A stretch of 64,000 nt of DNA from an uncultured Gemmatimonadota bacterium (lineage in GTDB: Bacteria; GCA-2686955), in NCBI GenBank assembly GCA_964490075.1, contig CAZBBK010000015.1:1-64000 (forward strand), in the 5' to 3' direction. Below the pieces are notes generated by a model. It worked only from the letters and a program-made list of their open reading frames with translations. It had not been told where the DNA came from and ran no database searches. Shown piece after piece: positions 19,184-29,562 of this stretch. The stretch's first letter is position 1; every line of letters begins with the position of its first letter. A program made the translations under genes and the position numbers.

Positions 19184-20217
19184 GCCCCGAAGCCCCCGCG
19201 CAGGCACCGCTGACCAAGAAGGAGTTCGTCTCCGACCAGGAGGTGCGCTGGTGCCCCGGCTGCGGCGACTACTCGATCCTCGCCCAGGTCCAGCGGGTCC
19301 TGCCCGAGCTCGGAATCCCCCGCGAGCGCTTCGTCTTCGTGAGCGGCATCGGCTGCTCCTCGCGCTTTCCCTACTACATGAACACCTATGGATTCCACAC
19401 CATCCACGGGCGCGCCGCGCCGATCGCCACCGGACTGAAGGCGGCCCGCCCCGATCTCTCGGTTTGGGTCGTGACCGGCGACGGCGACGGGCTCTCGATC
19501 GGCGGCAACCACCTGATCCACGCCATCCGCCGCAACATCGACATCAAGATCATCCTCTTCAACAACCGCATCTACGGTCTGACCAAGGGGCAGTTCTCAC
19601 CGACCTCCGAGGTGGGGAAGATCACCAAGTCGACCCCCTTTGGATCGATCGAAGAGCCCTTCAACCCGGTCTTCCTGGCGCTCGCCTGCAACGCCACCTT
19701 CGTCGCCCGCACCGTCGACCGCGAGCCGAAGCACATGCAGGAAGTGCTGCGGCGGGCGGCGGAGCACCGCGGAATCGCCTTCGTCGAGGTGCTCCAGAAC
19801 TGCAGCGTGTTCAACGACGGTGCCTTCGAAGCGATCACCGACAAGGCGGTCAAGAAGGACCAGGAACTGATGCTCGAGCACGGCCAGCCGATGCGCTTCG
19901 GCACGGCTGGCGACAAGGGGATTCGGATGAGCTGCCTGACTCCCGAGGTGGTCCGGGTGGACGACGCGGGCGTGACCGAGGCCGACCTCCTGGTGCACGA
20001 CGAGAAGCTGTCCGAGCCGACCCTGGCGCTGCTGCTCTCGCGCCTGGGCTATCCCGATTTCCCGACGCCGATCGGAGTGCTGCGGGCGATCGACTCGCTC
20101 CCCTACGACCGCGCCGTCCACCAGAAGATCCGCGAGGTCCAGGATGAGCTGGGGCCGCCCGACGCGGCGGCGCTTCAGGATCTGCTCAACGGCAAGGCGA
20201 CTTGGACGGTCGAGTAG
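19180..20217 (+). CDS. korB: 2-oxoacid:ferredoxin oxidoreductase beta subunit
   Basis: WCPGCGDY, SGIGCSSR, HTIHGRA, TPP motif GDGDGLSIGGNH...NNRIYGLTKGQ; ATGA overlap with korA. Confidence 0.95.
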   Translation: MSPEAPAQAPLTKKEFVSDQEVRWCPGCGDYSILAQVQRVLPELGIPRERFVFVSGIGCSSRFPYYMNTYGFHTIHGRAAPIATGLKAARPDLSVWVVTGDGDGLSIGGNHLIHAIRRNIDIKIILFNNRIYGLTKGQFSPTSEVGKITKSTPFGSIEEPFNPVFLALACNATFVARTVDREPKHMQEVLRRAAEHRGIAFVEVLQNCSVFNDGAFEAITDKAVKKDQELMLEHGQPMRFGTAGDKGIRMSCLTPEVVRVDDAGVTEADLLVHDEKLSEPTLALLLSRLGYPDFPTPIGVLRAIDSLPYDRAVHQKIREVQDELGPPDAAALQDLLNGKATWTVE

Positions 20218-20225
20218 AGCGCCCC

Positions 20226-20468
20226 TCAGTCCAGCGCCAGCGCGGCATCGATGCAGCTCTCGCACCAGGTGAACTCGCCGGGACCGTGCAGGATGCGGCC
20301 GCGCCGGTGCTCCCCGCAGCTGACGCAAGCCAGGTCGAAGCTCACCTCTCGGAGCACCAGTTCCGGATCTTCGAACTTCGGCTTCACCTCGGCGGCGCAG
20401 GGGGCACAAATCCTGGGCTCGGCGTGGAGAATCGTCTGGGCGCAACGCAAGCAGTAGTGGGTCTTCAT
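20226..20468 (-). CDS. Small double zinc-finger protein; second finger resembles the ClpX C4 zinc-binding domain
   Basis: 80 aa with four CxxC pairs (CLRC, CAPC, CVSC, CESC); AGGAG RBS and TATTCT -10 upstream. Confidence 0.7.
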   Translation of the reverse strand: MKTHYCLRCAQTILHAEPRICAPCAAEVKPKFEDPELVLREVSFDLACVSCGEHRRGRILHGPGEFTWCESCIDAALALD

Positions 20469-20653
20469 GGCCGGCGGCTCCTTGGATCGCGGGCAGAATA
20501 GTGGCAAACTCAGCACTGCGGGCGAAGTTTTCCCTGGGCCGCGGGGCTCGCACTCGAGCCGCGCCGGCGGAGGACCGATAGAACGGAACTCCGATGAGAC
20601 GTGATGCTCCACCTCCTCGCCGCCGTGGAGGCGGCACAGAACAGGCGCCGAAG

Positions 20654-21718
20654 ATGAACCGAAGCCTCCACCCCGCCGCCATCACCGCGTGCGCCAACAC
20701 CTTTCCCGACCAGGTACGGCCCAATTCGTACTTCTACGACGAGCTCGGACTCGACACCAACGAGGAGTGGATTCGAAACCGCACCGGGATCCACGAACGC
20801 CGCGTGGTCCAGGCCGAGCGCGGCGAGACCTGCGGCACGCTCGCGGCCGACGCGGCCCGGAGCTGCCTGGAGTCGCGCGGCATGAGTCCCGGCGAGGTCG
20901 ACGCGGTCATCCTCGGCACCATCTCCGGCGATCTCGGATTCCCCGCCACGGCGTGTCTGGTGCAGGACCAGATCGGCGCCAAGAACGCCTTCGCCTTCGA
21001 CATCTCCGGAGCGTGCACCGGCTACCTCTACTCGCTGGCCACGGCGGTCTCGATGGTGGAGTGCGGGCGCTTCCGCAGGGTGCTGGCGATCGGCGCCGAG
21101 GCGATGAGCGCGATCCTCGACTACGCCGATCGCGGCACCAGCATCATCTTCGGCGATGGCGCGGGCGCCACCCTGGTCGAGCGGGTGCCGGAATCCCACA
21201 CCGGGAGGGTGCTCGACATCCGCATGGGCTCGGACGGCTCCGGCGCCGAGCATCTCTACCGCACCGGCGGCGGATCGCTGCACCTCCCCGAGGCCGACCG
21301 GCCGCGCTTCCCGAAAGCCGACAAGGTCGTTCAGAACGGCCGTGTGGTGTTTCGCCTGGCGGTGCAGCGCATGACCCAGGTAATTCGGGACATCCTGGAA
21401 GGCAACCAGCTGAAGCTCGACGACATTGCCCTGGTGGTACCCCACCAGGCCAACATCCGCATCATCGATGCCGTCTGCGGGCGGCTCGCCGCCCCGCGCG
21501 AGAAGGTCGCGATCTATGTCGACCGTTTCGCCAACACCACCGCGGCCACGCTGCCGACCTCCCTGCGCATGGCCGCCGATGAGGGCCGAATCCGCGACAG
21601 CGACCTGGTGCTGCTGGCTACCTTCGGCGCCGGGCTCACCTGGGGTGCGGCCCTGATCCGCTGGGGTGGCGCGCCGGATGGTGGCGAAAAACCCGGCTCG
21701 GGCGGCTTCTCTCCATAG
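20654..21718 (+). CDS. fabH: 3-oxoacyl-ACP synthase III
   Basis: EWIRNRTGIHERR, FDISGACTG (Cys), FGDGAGA, VPHQANIRII (His), FANT (Asn), FGAGLTWG. Confidence 0.92.
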   Translation: MNRSLHPAAITACANTFPDQVRPNSYFYDELGLDTNEEWIRNRTGIHERRVVQAERGETCGTLAADAARSCLESRGMSPGEVDAVILGTISGDLGFPATACLVQDQIGAKNAFAFDISGACTGYLYSLATAVSMVECGRFRRVLAIGAEAMSAILDYADRGTSIIFGDGAGATLVERVPESHTGRVLDIRMGSDGSGAEHLYRTGGGSLHLPEADRPRFPKADKVVQNGRVVFRLAVQRMTQVIRDILEGNQLKLDDIALVVPHQANIRIIDAVCGRLAAPREKVAIYVDRFANTTAATLPTSLRMAADEGRIRDSDLVLLATFGAGLTWGAALIRWGGAPDGGEKPGSGGFSP

Positions 21719-21839
21719 CCGCCTCCGGCACACTTCTGGTTATAAGAGAGATGTGCCGGTCCTCCGGCGACGCCCGCACCAGCGCGGCGTCCACCCGCGC
21801 CCGGCCACCGGCCAGGCGCTCTAACCTCTGGCGCCCCAA

Positions 21840-24602
21840 ATGCTACAACCGATCTTCGCCCTCAGCGCCGCGCCCCTCGCGGCGGCGCTCACCCATGTAC
21901 CCCCCCCGCTCGATCTGAACCAGCAGGTACTCTTCTCGGACCAGAGGGTACACGAGATCGAGATCGAGATCCCCTATCCCGACTGGTTCGGCGAGCTCGA
22001 GTCCCACCGCATCGACGAGAGCTACGTCGCCGGCATCGTGCGCATCGACGGCGCCGAGATCGACTCGGTCGGCATCCGCTTCAAGGGCAACTCGTCCTAC
22101 TACCACCCGGGCATCAAGAAGCCCTTCCGCATCAAGTACGACGAGTTCCGCCCCGATCAGACCCTCGACGGTCTGCCGAGCCTGGTCCTCAACAACAACT
22201 TCAAGGACCCCACCCACCTGCGCGAGACGATCGCCTACTCGCTGATGCGGGATATCGGCGGCCAGCGCGCGGCGCGTACCGGATTCGCCAACCTGCGCAT
22301 CAACGGCGAGCTGCTCGGCTTCTACACCGTGGGCGAAACCGTCAACAAGACCTTCATCCAGAGCCACGTCGGCGCCGGCGAGGACGGCAATCTCTGGAAG
22401 GGCGATCCACACGGCCATCTGAACTGGAAAGGCGACGATCCCGCGGCCTACTACAGCGACTACACCCTGGAGACCAACGAGTCGCTCAACGACTGGTCGG
22501 GGCTGGTCGACTTCATCGATGCCCTGAACAACACTCCGCCCGAAGAGCTTCCCGACTCGCTGGCCGAAAGGCTCGACGTCGACCGTTGGCTGCGCCACCA
22601 CGCGGTCAATGTCGCCACCGTCAACCTCGACGCCTACGAAGGCACCGGCCACAACTACTACGTCTATCAGAAGGACTCCGACGGGCGTTTCGTGCACATC
22701 CCCTGGGATCTCAACGAAGCGTTTGGCGTCTTCAGTCTCAACCTGCCGCCCTGGGAGCTGAAATGGATGTCGCCCTTGTGGCGCAACCATGAAGCGCGAC
22801 CACTGGTCGATCGGCTGCTCGATGTCGAGCTCTACCAAGAGATGTACTTGCGCCGCATGCGCGATCTTCTGGCGACATATTTCGAGCGCGACCGAGTGGC
22901 GGATCGGATCGACGAGCTGGCCGATCTGGTGCGCCCTCACGTCTACGCCGATCCCAACAAGATGTACTCCAACGACGATTTCGAGGACAACCTGGAGTAC
23001 GACATCGGCTTCGGCCCCGGACTGGTGTTCGGCCTCAAGTCGTTCCTGGCGGCCCGGCACGGCGCGATCCAGCCGATCCTCGATGCCGAGTTGGGGACAC
23101 AATATCTGTTCATCAACGAGATCCTGGCCGACAACGAAACCACCGTGGCCGATGAGCTGGGGGACTACGACGATTACGTTGAGCTCTACAACGGAGCCGG
23201 CCAAACCGTGTCGCTGGAAGGCTTCGGCCTCAGCGACGATCACCGCGATCCCTTCCGCTGGACGCTGCCGGCGACTGCCTCGGTGGCGCCGGGGGAACGA
23301 TTGATGCTGTGGCTGGACGGCGAGCCCGAGCAGGGGGAGCTGCACGCCCCCTTCTCGCTCTCGGCCGCGGGCGAGGAGCTCTTCCTCTTCGATGCCGGCG
23401 GCGCCCTGGTCGACTTCATGGTCTTCGACGCGCAACAGACCGACATCGCGCATGCCCGCTTTTCCGACGCCAGCTCGTGGGTCGGCGCCCTGCCCCCTAC
23501 CCCCGACGCCGCCAACGCCCATGCGCCGGCGATTCTGTCGCTGATCGCGAGTCGCCCCTTCCCCTGGCCGGATCGAGATCTGAGCATCGAGGCCCAGATC
23601 GAGGAGCGACTGGTGCCTCTGGCCTTCGTCGACCTGATCTACGACACCGGCGGCGGTCCCCAGACGGTCGCCATGACCGAGAGCGGGGGAGTCTGGAGCG
23701 CACAGATTCCCGGGCAGCCGCTCGGTACCCTGATCGAGCTCTACGTGCGCGCCGAGGATCAGCAGGGCAACGTGACCCTGGACCCGGCGACGGCACCCAC
23801 GCGTGGCCACGACCTGCCGGTCTTCGTCGGCACCAGCCCCATTCGCATCAACGAATTCATGGCCGACAACGAGACCACCTATTCCGACGACGCGGGCGAG
23901 TTCGACGACTGGATCGAGTTGGTCAACCTGGCCGGGGTCGATCTCGACCTGAGCGGCTACGGCCTGTCCGACGACCTCGACGATCCCCGGCAGTGGACGC
24001 TCCCCGCGGGCACCATGATCGGCGCCGGAGAGCGGCTGATCGTCTGGGCCGACGACGACCCGGGCGATCTGCACGCTCCCTTCAAGCTGGGCAAGAGCGG
24101 CGAGGAGATCGTGCTCAGCGCCCCGGAGATCAGTGGCAAAGAGGTCGTCGATCATGTGGTCTTCGGCGCTCAGAGCACCGATCTCTCCGAGGCCCGCGGG
24201 CCCGACGGGCTGGGGGACTGGGCGCAGGCGGTAGCGCCGACGCCCGAGACGCGCAACGCCGGCAAAGGCTTCGCGGCGCTGCTGGCGGCGCAGCAGTCGC
24301 CGGTGCGGATCGGGGCTTCTGGCGGATCGTTCGAGGTGCAGCTCACGGTGCTCAACCGCGGCACGGCGAGCGCCTCCACCGAGGCCTGGACCGCCGCCAA
24401 GCTGCCGGGCGGCGGCGAGATCGAGCCGCTCGACGGCCCCTTGCCGCTCACTCTCGCGGGCGATGCCCTGGCCACCGACCGGCTTTCGGTCACCGTGCCC
24501 GGCGGAGCACCCGGCGGAAGGGGCCGCTACGAGCTGCGCGTCGGCGAGCTGGGCGGCGTGCTGGACTCGGCGGACGGTGTCGAGGTCATCAAGTCGCAGT
24601 AG
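21840..24602 (+). CDS. Secreted CotH-family kinase with two lamin-tail domains and a C-terminal Ig-like module
   Basis: VGIRFKGNSS, LNNNFKDPTHLRE, HNYYVY, IPWDLNEAFG (CotH); two INE..ADN...DWIELVN lamin-tail repeats; shared C-terminal module. Confidence 0.88.
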   Translation: MLQPIFALSAAPLAAALTHVPPPLDLNQQVLFSDQRVHEIEIEIPYPDWFGELESHRIDESYVAGIVRIDGAEIDSVGIRFKGNSSYYHPGIKKPFRIKYDEFRPDQTLDGLPSLVLNNNFKDPTHLRETIAYSLMRDIGGQRAARTGFANLRINGELLGFYTVGETVNKTFIQSHVGAGEDGNLWKGDPHGHLNWKGDDPAAYYSDYTLETNESLNDWSGLVDFIDALNNTPPEELPDSLAERLDVDRWLRHHAVNVATVNLDAYEGTGHNYYVYQKDSDGRFVHIPWDLNEAFGVFSLNLPPWELKWMSPLWRNHEARPLVDRLLDVELYQEMYLRRMRDLLATYFERDRVADRIDELADLVRPHVYADPNKMYSNDDFEDNLEYDIGFGPGLVFGLKSFLAARHGAIQPILDAELGTQYLFINEILADNETTVADELGDYDDYVELYNGAGQTVSLEGFGLSDDHRDPFRWTLPATASVAPGERLMLWLDGEPEQGELHAPFSLSAAGEELFLFDAGGALVDFMVFDAQQTDIAHARFSDASSWVGALPPTPDAANAHAPAILSLIASRPFPWPDRDLSIEAQIEERLVPLAFVDLIYDTGGGPQTVAMTESGGVWSAQIPGQPLGTLIELYVRAEDQQGNVTLDPATAPTRGHDLPVFVGTSPIRINEFMADNETTYSDDAGEFDDWIELVNLAGVDLDLSGYGLSDDLDDPRQWTLPAGTMIGAGERLIVWADDDPGDLHAPFKLGKSGEEIVLSAPEISGKEVVDHVVFGAQSTDLSEARGPDGLGDWAQAVAPTPETRNAGKGFAALLAAQQSPVRIGASGGSFEVQLTVLNRGTASASTEAWTAAKLPGGGEIEPLDGPLPLTLAGDALATDRLSVTVPGGAPGGRGRYELRVGELGGVLDSADGVEVIKSQ

Positions 24603-24718
24603 CTGGAGATCCGTGATCGGGTAGAGTGGCGGATTCATCCGCGTCATTCCCGTGCCGCCATTGCCCTTCCGCGGCGGCGCGGGCTTTCACACTACCCCGG
24701 AGCACTTTCGTGACAGCG

Positions 24719-25870
24719 ATGACCCGGTCCGCACTGCTCACCGCCGCCCTGGCGGCGGCCTCCGCCGGCGCCCAGACCATCCCCGACGATAAAGAGATCC
24801 AGACCACCGCCTCCGGTCTGCAGTACTCCGTCCTCCAGGCGGGCTCGGGCGCCACCCGCCCCAAGGGGACCGATACGGTGACGGTCCACTACACCGGCTG
24901 GCTCACCGACGGCACCGTCTTCGACTCCTCGCGGGAGCGCGGCGAACCGGCTCAGTTCAAGCTGATGCAGGTCATCCCGGGTTGGACCGAGGGCCTGGCG
25001 CTGATGACCACCGGCGCCCGCTACAAGCTCACCATCCCCTACGACCTGGCCTACGGCGAAGCCGGCCGGCCGCCCAAGATCCCCCCGAAGTCGACCCTGA
25101 TCTTCGACGTCGAGCTGCTCGTTATCGAGGCGGGACCCGCGCTGCCCGAGTTCGCGCTGCTCGAAGGCGGGGACGACCTGGGCGAGGGCGTGAAGATCCA
25201 GACCCTGAAGCCTGGAACCGGCGACGAGATCGCCTCCGAGACCGCCGTGGCGCTCGAGTTCACGGTCTGGAGCCTCGATGGGCGGGTGATCGAGTCGAGC
25301 GCGGTGGCCGGGCGTGCTCTGAAGGCTCCGGTGGGCCAGCTTCCGCTGCCCTTCATGAAGGCGGCGGCGAGTCGCTACCGCAAGGGGGGCAGCTACCGCT
25401 TCGAGGTACCCGAAGGACAGGGCATCCCACCCCGCGGGGGTGCCGGCGGCGGCACCACCGTCTGGCAGATCGACGTCGACGACGTGATGGAGCCCTTGCC
25501 TCTGCCGGCCTTCGATGCCATGACCGAGGGCAAGATCGAAAAGACCGAGAGCGGTCTCGAAGTGAAGATGCTGGCCGCCGGCACCGGCACCGCTCCCGAG
25601 ATGGGCCAGTCGGTGACCGTGCACTATGCCGGCTGGCTCAGCGACGGAACCTCCTTCGATTCGTCATTCGGGCGCGGCGAGGCCGCGATCTTCCGGCTCG
25701 GCCGCGTCATCAAGGGCTGGAACGAGGGGCTGCAGCTCTTGAAAGAGGGCGGCGAGGCGTATTTGAGGATTCCGGCCGACCTGGCTTACGGCGAGCGCGG
25801 CTCACCGCCCAAGATCGGCCCCAACGAGACGCTGATCTTCTACGTGAAGCTGGAGAAGGTGGAATCCTGA
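24719..25870 (+). CDS. Exported FKBP-type peptidyl-prolyl isomerase with three tandem FKBP domains
   Basis: Two canonical VTVHY.GWL.DGT.FDSS...VI.GW.EGL...AYG domains flank a degenerate middle domain; signal peptide. Confidence 0.92.
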   Translation: MTRSALLTAALAAASAGAQTIPDDKEIQTTASGLQYSVLQAGSGATRPKGTDTVTVHYTGWLTDGTVFDSSRERGEPAQFKLMQVIPGWTEGLALMTTGARYKLTIPYDLAYGEAGRPPKIPPKSTLIFDVELLVIEAGPALPEFALLEGGDDLGEGVKIQTLKPGTGDEIASETAVALEFTVWSLDGRVIESSAVAGRALKAPVGQLPLPFMKAAASRYRKGGSYRFEVPEGQGIPPRGGAGGGTTVWQIDVDDVMEPLPLPAFDAMTEGKIEKTESGLEVKMLAAGTGTAPEMGQSVTVHYAGWLSDGTSFDSSFGRGEAAIFRLGRVIKGWNEGLQLLKEGGEAYLRIPADLAYGERGSPPKIGPNETLIFYVKLEKVES

Positions 25871-25944
25871 TTCGCGGGCGATAACGGCGGTCCGATCTCC
25901 GGTTAGCCTTCTGGCATCCCCCATCCCGACCCCGGAGACGACCC

Positions 25945-27510
25945 ATGAGGATCTCGTTCATCGCCGCGGCTCTGCTCGCGCTTTCGCTCGCTCCACCCGT
26001 TCATCGTCCGGCGATCGGCGCCGGGCACACCGCGCCCCGGCATCAGGAATCGGCCCAGCCCGGCTTCCCGCTCCTGTCCCGGGTCGCGATCGACGCCGCC
26101 AGCGCCGCCCGGCTCGATCTCTTGCTCTCCGGCGGTCTCGACCTGACCGCGTGGAACGCCGAGGGGCGCCTCGAAGGCCTGCTGCGCCCCGCCGACATCG
26201 CCTGGGTGCGCGGGCTCGGCTTCGAGCTCGAGATCGTGACCGGCGATGTCTATGCCGACTTCTACCGCCGCCACGGCGCGATTCTCGGCAACAACCTCTC
26301 CGACTACTCCGACTATCAGCAGAACGTCGACGAGCTGCTGGCGATGGAGGCCGCCCATCCAGCAATCGCCCGCACCGAAGTCGTCGGCGTGTCGCTCGAG
26401 GGACGCGGAATCTATGGCCTGAAGATCTCCGACTCGGTCGACACCGATGAGCCCGAGCCCGAAGTGCTGCTGATGGCGATCCACCACGCCCGCGAGCCGG
26501 TGTCCAACGAGACGGTTCTGGAGCTCGCGCGGCGCCTGCTGGGCGGCTACGGCTCGGATCCCGAACTGACCTTCCTGGTCGATCATCGCGAGATCTGGAT
26601 CATCCCGGTCGTCAATCCCGACGGCTACGTCTACGTGGACGACTACGATCCGATGTGGCGCAAGAACCGGCGCGGCGGCTACGGTGTCGATATCAATCGC
26701 AACTACGGCTTCCAGTGGGGCTACGACAACTGGGGATCGAGCCCCTATACCGGCGACGAGACCTACCGAGGTGCCTACGCCTGGTCGGAGCCCGAGACCC
26801 AGACCATCCACAACTTCATCAACGCCCACCAGGTCAGCTACGCCCTCAGCTTCCATACCTACGGCGATCTCTATCTCTACCCCTGGGGCTACTACTACGG
26901 CACCACGCCCGACAACAGCCATTTCCGCGATATCGCCCAGGTGATGTCACAAGACAATCACTACACCTATGGACCCACCAGCTCGACTCTCTACCTGGTC
27001 AATGGAGAATGCACCGATTGGCTCTATGGCGAGCAGAGCAATAAGGACAAGATATTCGGCTATACCGTCGAGATCGGCGACTGGTTCTGGCCTTCTCAGT
27101 GGCAGATCGCGGGGCTGGTCGAGGAGAACATGGAGCCGACCTTCTACTTCATCGAGCAGGCCGGTGGGCTCCACGACGGCGACATTCCGCTCGAGCTGTT
27201 GAACACGCCGGCAACCATCGATCGCGGCGGGCCGGTATCTTGGGATGCCCATGTCGTCAGCGTCGCGGGTGAGGATCTGCAGGTCGATTCGTGGATCGAT
27301 GTGACTTCACCGGTGCTGCCGCCGCAGGGAGTGCGGCGGGTCCTGGTGCGCGACATGCTGATCCCCGCCGGCTACGACGACACCTTGGTCGTGAGCGGCA
27401 TGATGCCGGGCAACGCGCCGCTCGGTAGCTACACTTTCAGGCAGCGCATCGGCGACCTGACCACGGGCGAGATCTACGGCGAGGATTCGTTCACGGCGAC
27501 GGTGAACTGA
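25945..27510 (+). CDS. Secreted M14 zinc carboxypeptidase (carboxypeptidase T-like) with C-terminal Ig-like module
   Basis: HHAREP, VNPDG, WRKNR, GVDINRNY, SEPET, LSFHTY, YTVEIG; signal peptide and prodomain. Confidence 0.92.
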   Translation: MRISFIAAALLALSLAPPVHRPAIGAGHTAPRHQESAQPGFPLLSRVAIDAASAARLDLLLSGGLDLTAWNAEGRLEGLLRPADIAWVRGLGFELEIVTGDVYADFYRRHGAILGNNLSDYSDYQQNVDELLAMEAAHPAIARTEVVGVSLEGRGIYGLKISDSVDTDEPEPEVLLMAIHHAREPVSNETVLELARRLLGGYGSDPELTFLVDHREIWIIPVVNPDGYVYVDDYDPMWRKNRRGGYGVDINRNYGFQWGYDNWGSSPYTGDETYRGAYAWSEPETQTIHNFINAHQVSYALSFHTYGDLYLYPWGYYYGTTPDNSHFRDIAQVMSQDNHYTYGPTSSTLYLVNGECTDWLYGEQSNKDKIFGYTVEIGDWFWPSQWQIAGLVEENMEPTFYFIEQAGGLHDGDIPLELLNTPATIDRGGPVSWDAHVVSVAGEDLQVDSWIDVTSPVLPPQGVRRVLVRDMLIPAGYDDTLVVSGMMPGNAPLGSYTFRQRIGDLTTGEIYGEDSFTATVN

Positions 27511-27513
27511 CGC

Positions 27514-28269
27514 CTACCGTTTGCCGATCGCCGCGGCTCGCGCCACGATGGCGTGCATGGTCTCGGCCGAGAGCCAGAGCTGGGTCAGCTCGTCGCGCGC
27601 CTCCTGGGTCTCGGCCCGGCAGCGGGCCAGAGCCGGATCGAGCAGATAGCGCTTGTTGTGAGCGTAGCCCGCCGGTGGATAGGCGGCCAGCTTGCGCGCC
27701 AGGGTCAGACAGCGTTCGCTCAGCTCGACCGCCGGGACCACCTCGTGGACGTAGCCGAGCCGGAGGGCCTCGGCGGGGCGGTAGGTCTCGGCCTCGAGAA
27801 TCAGCCGCATCGACTGGCGCTGCGGCAGGCCATGGCGGGCGATCTCCAGCGCTTCGCGCGGCAAAGCGATGCCGAACGAGGTCTCGTTCAAGCCGATGCG
27901 CTGATCGCCGTCCGACGAGATGCGGATATCGCAGGCCAGCGCCAGAATCGCTCCGCCGGCGATGGCGTGTCCGGCCACCTCGGCGATGGTCGGCTTGAGC
28001 AGGGTCCAGAGCGCGAACATCCCGTCGTCCCGGCCGAGCCGCGCCAGCTCGCCGCCGGCTCCCATGGCCAGTTCCTTCAGATCGAGCCCCGCCGAGAAGA
28101 AGCGCTCGTTGCCGCGCACCACCACCGCGTGCACGCCATGATCCTCTTCGGCGTCGACCACGGCCTGCTTGAGGTCGCGCAGGAGCTCCACGCTGATCGC
28201 GTTCGCGGGCGGGCGATCGATGGTCAGGATCCGCACTCCACCGTCTTCGTCTTGTACTCGAATCGCCAT
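27514..28269 (-). CDS. Enoyl-CoA hydratase/isomerase family protein
   Basis: IDRPPANAI, FSAGLDL, KPTIAEVAGHAIAGGAILALACDIR, GLNETSFG. Confidence 0.9.
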   Translation of the reverse strand: MAIRVQDEDGGVRILTIDRPPANAISVELLRDLKQAVVDAEEDHGVHAVVVRGNERFFSAGLDLKELAMGAGGELARLGRDDGMFALWTLLKPTIAEVAGHAIAGGAILALACDIRISSDGDQRIGLNETSFGIALPREALEIARHGLPQRQSMRLILEAETYRPAEALRLGYVHEVVPAVELSERCLTLARKLAAYPPAGYAHNKRYLLDPALARCRAETQEARDELTQLWLSAETMHAIVARAAAIGKR

Positions 28270-28459
28270 GGGATCGCCTCGGGTCGGGGGTGAACAGGGG
28301 GGCCTTCGCAGATGGCCAGTCTACTACCACCGTCGCCGCCTCTGCTCAGGGAGTGAGCAGAGAAGGACGATCCGAGGCACTCTTGATCGAATCGGCCCCA
28401 TCGATGCAACCCGGTGCCCGCGATCTCGTTACGAGGATTACGCGTGTTCTCGCCGGCGC

Positions 28460-28475
28460 TGGCATATGGCGTGCT
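28460..28475 (+). promoter_or_regulatory. Sigma-54 (-24/-12) promoter of the pilin-like operon
   Basis: TGGCATATGGCGTGCT = GG-N10-GC, 37 nt upstream of ATG 28513 with AGGAG RBS. Confidence 0.6.
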
Positions 28476-28512
28476 TTGGTACAGCTCCTCTTCATCTATC
28501 AGGAGCCCCCCC

Positions 28513-28980
28513 ATGCAACCTCTGCTCATTCTCGGCGGTCTGGCCGTCCTCTCGGTCGGGACCGTGGGCGTGAACTACCTCCTGGTCGACGCCCGCAACG
28601 ATCTGCAGGGGTCGCGCATCGCGCTGCCCGCGATCAATTCCGCTCACTCGCTGGTCGGCTGGGGGGCGTCGCTGCGCTTCGACGAGGAGGGCTCCTGGCT
28701 GCCGCTCACCCAGCTCACCGACTGGGATGCGCTCGGCCCCGACGCCGGCGAGACCCAGGATGAGTTCGACGATGTCGATGATCTGCACGGACTGCTGCGG
28801 CAGTTCGTCACCGAGGGCGTGGCGGTCAGCGCCCACTGCACGGTTTACTACGTGGAGGAAGAGGCGCTCACGGTGCCGGTGCAGACCCGCACCTTCCACA
28901 AGCTGCTCACGGTCACGGTCACCGGGGACTACCTCCCCGATCCGGTCATCTATCAGACTGTCTTATCCTCGGGGTTGTGA
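28513..28980 (+). CDS. Pilin-like (PilV-type) protein with N-terminal hydrophobic helix
   Basis: MQPLLILGGLAVLSVGTV N-terminal helix; FDDVDDLHG motif and terminal KLLTVTV beta strand; first of three coupled genes. Confidence 0.6.
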   Translation: MQPLLILGGLAVLSVGTVGVNYLLVDARNDLQGSRIALPAINSAHSLVGWGASLRFDEEGSWLPLTQLTDWDALGPDAGETQDEFDDVDDLHGLLRQFVTEGVAVSAHCTVYYVEEEALTVPVQTRTFHKLLTVTVTGDYLPDPVIYQTVLSSGL

Positions 28981-28981
28981 C

Positions 28982-29542
28982 GTGTACAGCATCACCTTGG
29001 CCAGCTCGTTCATCATCGGCGCCCTGATCATCCTACAGATCGCCCGCATGAACGCCACCGTGACCGACGCCCTCTATCGCGCCGGCACCGAGCGCAACTC
29101 GATCGAAGTCGCCGCCGGTCTCTCCGAGCTGCTGGAGGCCGATCTTCGCCGCATGGGTCTCGGACTCGAGGATCCGCGCGCCTCGATCATCGCCGCCGAC
29201 AGCATTTCGCTGCAGTTCTGGGCCGACATCGACCAGGACGAGCTACCGGAGCAGGTCAGCTACGCCCTCAGCGCACCCGATTCGGCCGCCCACACCAGCA
29301 ACCCGGACGATCGCCTGCTCTATCGCAGCATCGACGGCGCCGAGCTCGATGAGCCGGCCCTGGGCGTGGTCGAGTTCGATCTGCGCTTCTTCGACGGCGC
29401 GGGGGCCGAAACCACGGACTGGGGCACGGTGCGCAGCATTCGCTACACCATTGCCGTTGAGGCGCCCGAGCCGCTCGACCAATTCGATCCGGTGCGCACC
29501 GTGACATCCGGCACCGTCTTCCCGCGCAACCTGGTTCTGTAG
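28982..29542 (+). CDS. Pilin-like (PilW-type) protein
   Basis: GTG start; hydrophobic LASSFIIGALIILQI; LEADLRRMG motif, ADIDQD..EQVSY, terminal VFPRNL typical of PilW/GspJ-like minor pilins. Confidence 0.65.
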   Translation: MYSITLASSFIIGALIILQIARMNATVTDALYRAGTERNSIEVAAGLSELLEADLRRMGLGLEDPRASIIAADSISLQFWADIDQDELPEQVSYALSAPDSAAHTSNPDDRLLYRSIDGAELDEPALGVVEFDLRFFDGAGAETTDWGTVRSIRYTIAVEAPEPLDQFDPVRTVTSGTVFPRNLVL

Positions 29543-29562
29543 GTCCACCGAGGAGACCTCTC

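Noticed and set aside
20654-21718. FabH-like gene as the HMG-CoA synthase of the mevalonate pathway
   Set aside because: It has FabH motifs (RTGI.ERR, PHQAN, FGAGLTWG) and lacks HMG-CoA synthase signatures; about 17 kb from the operon.
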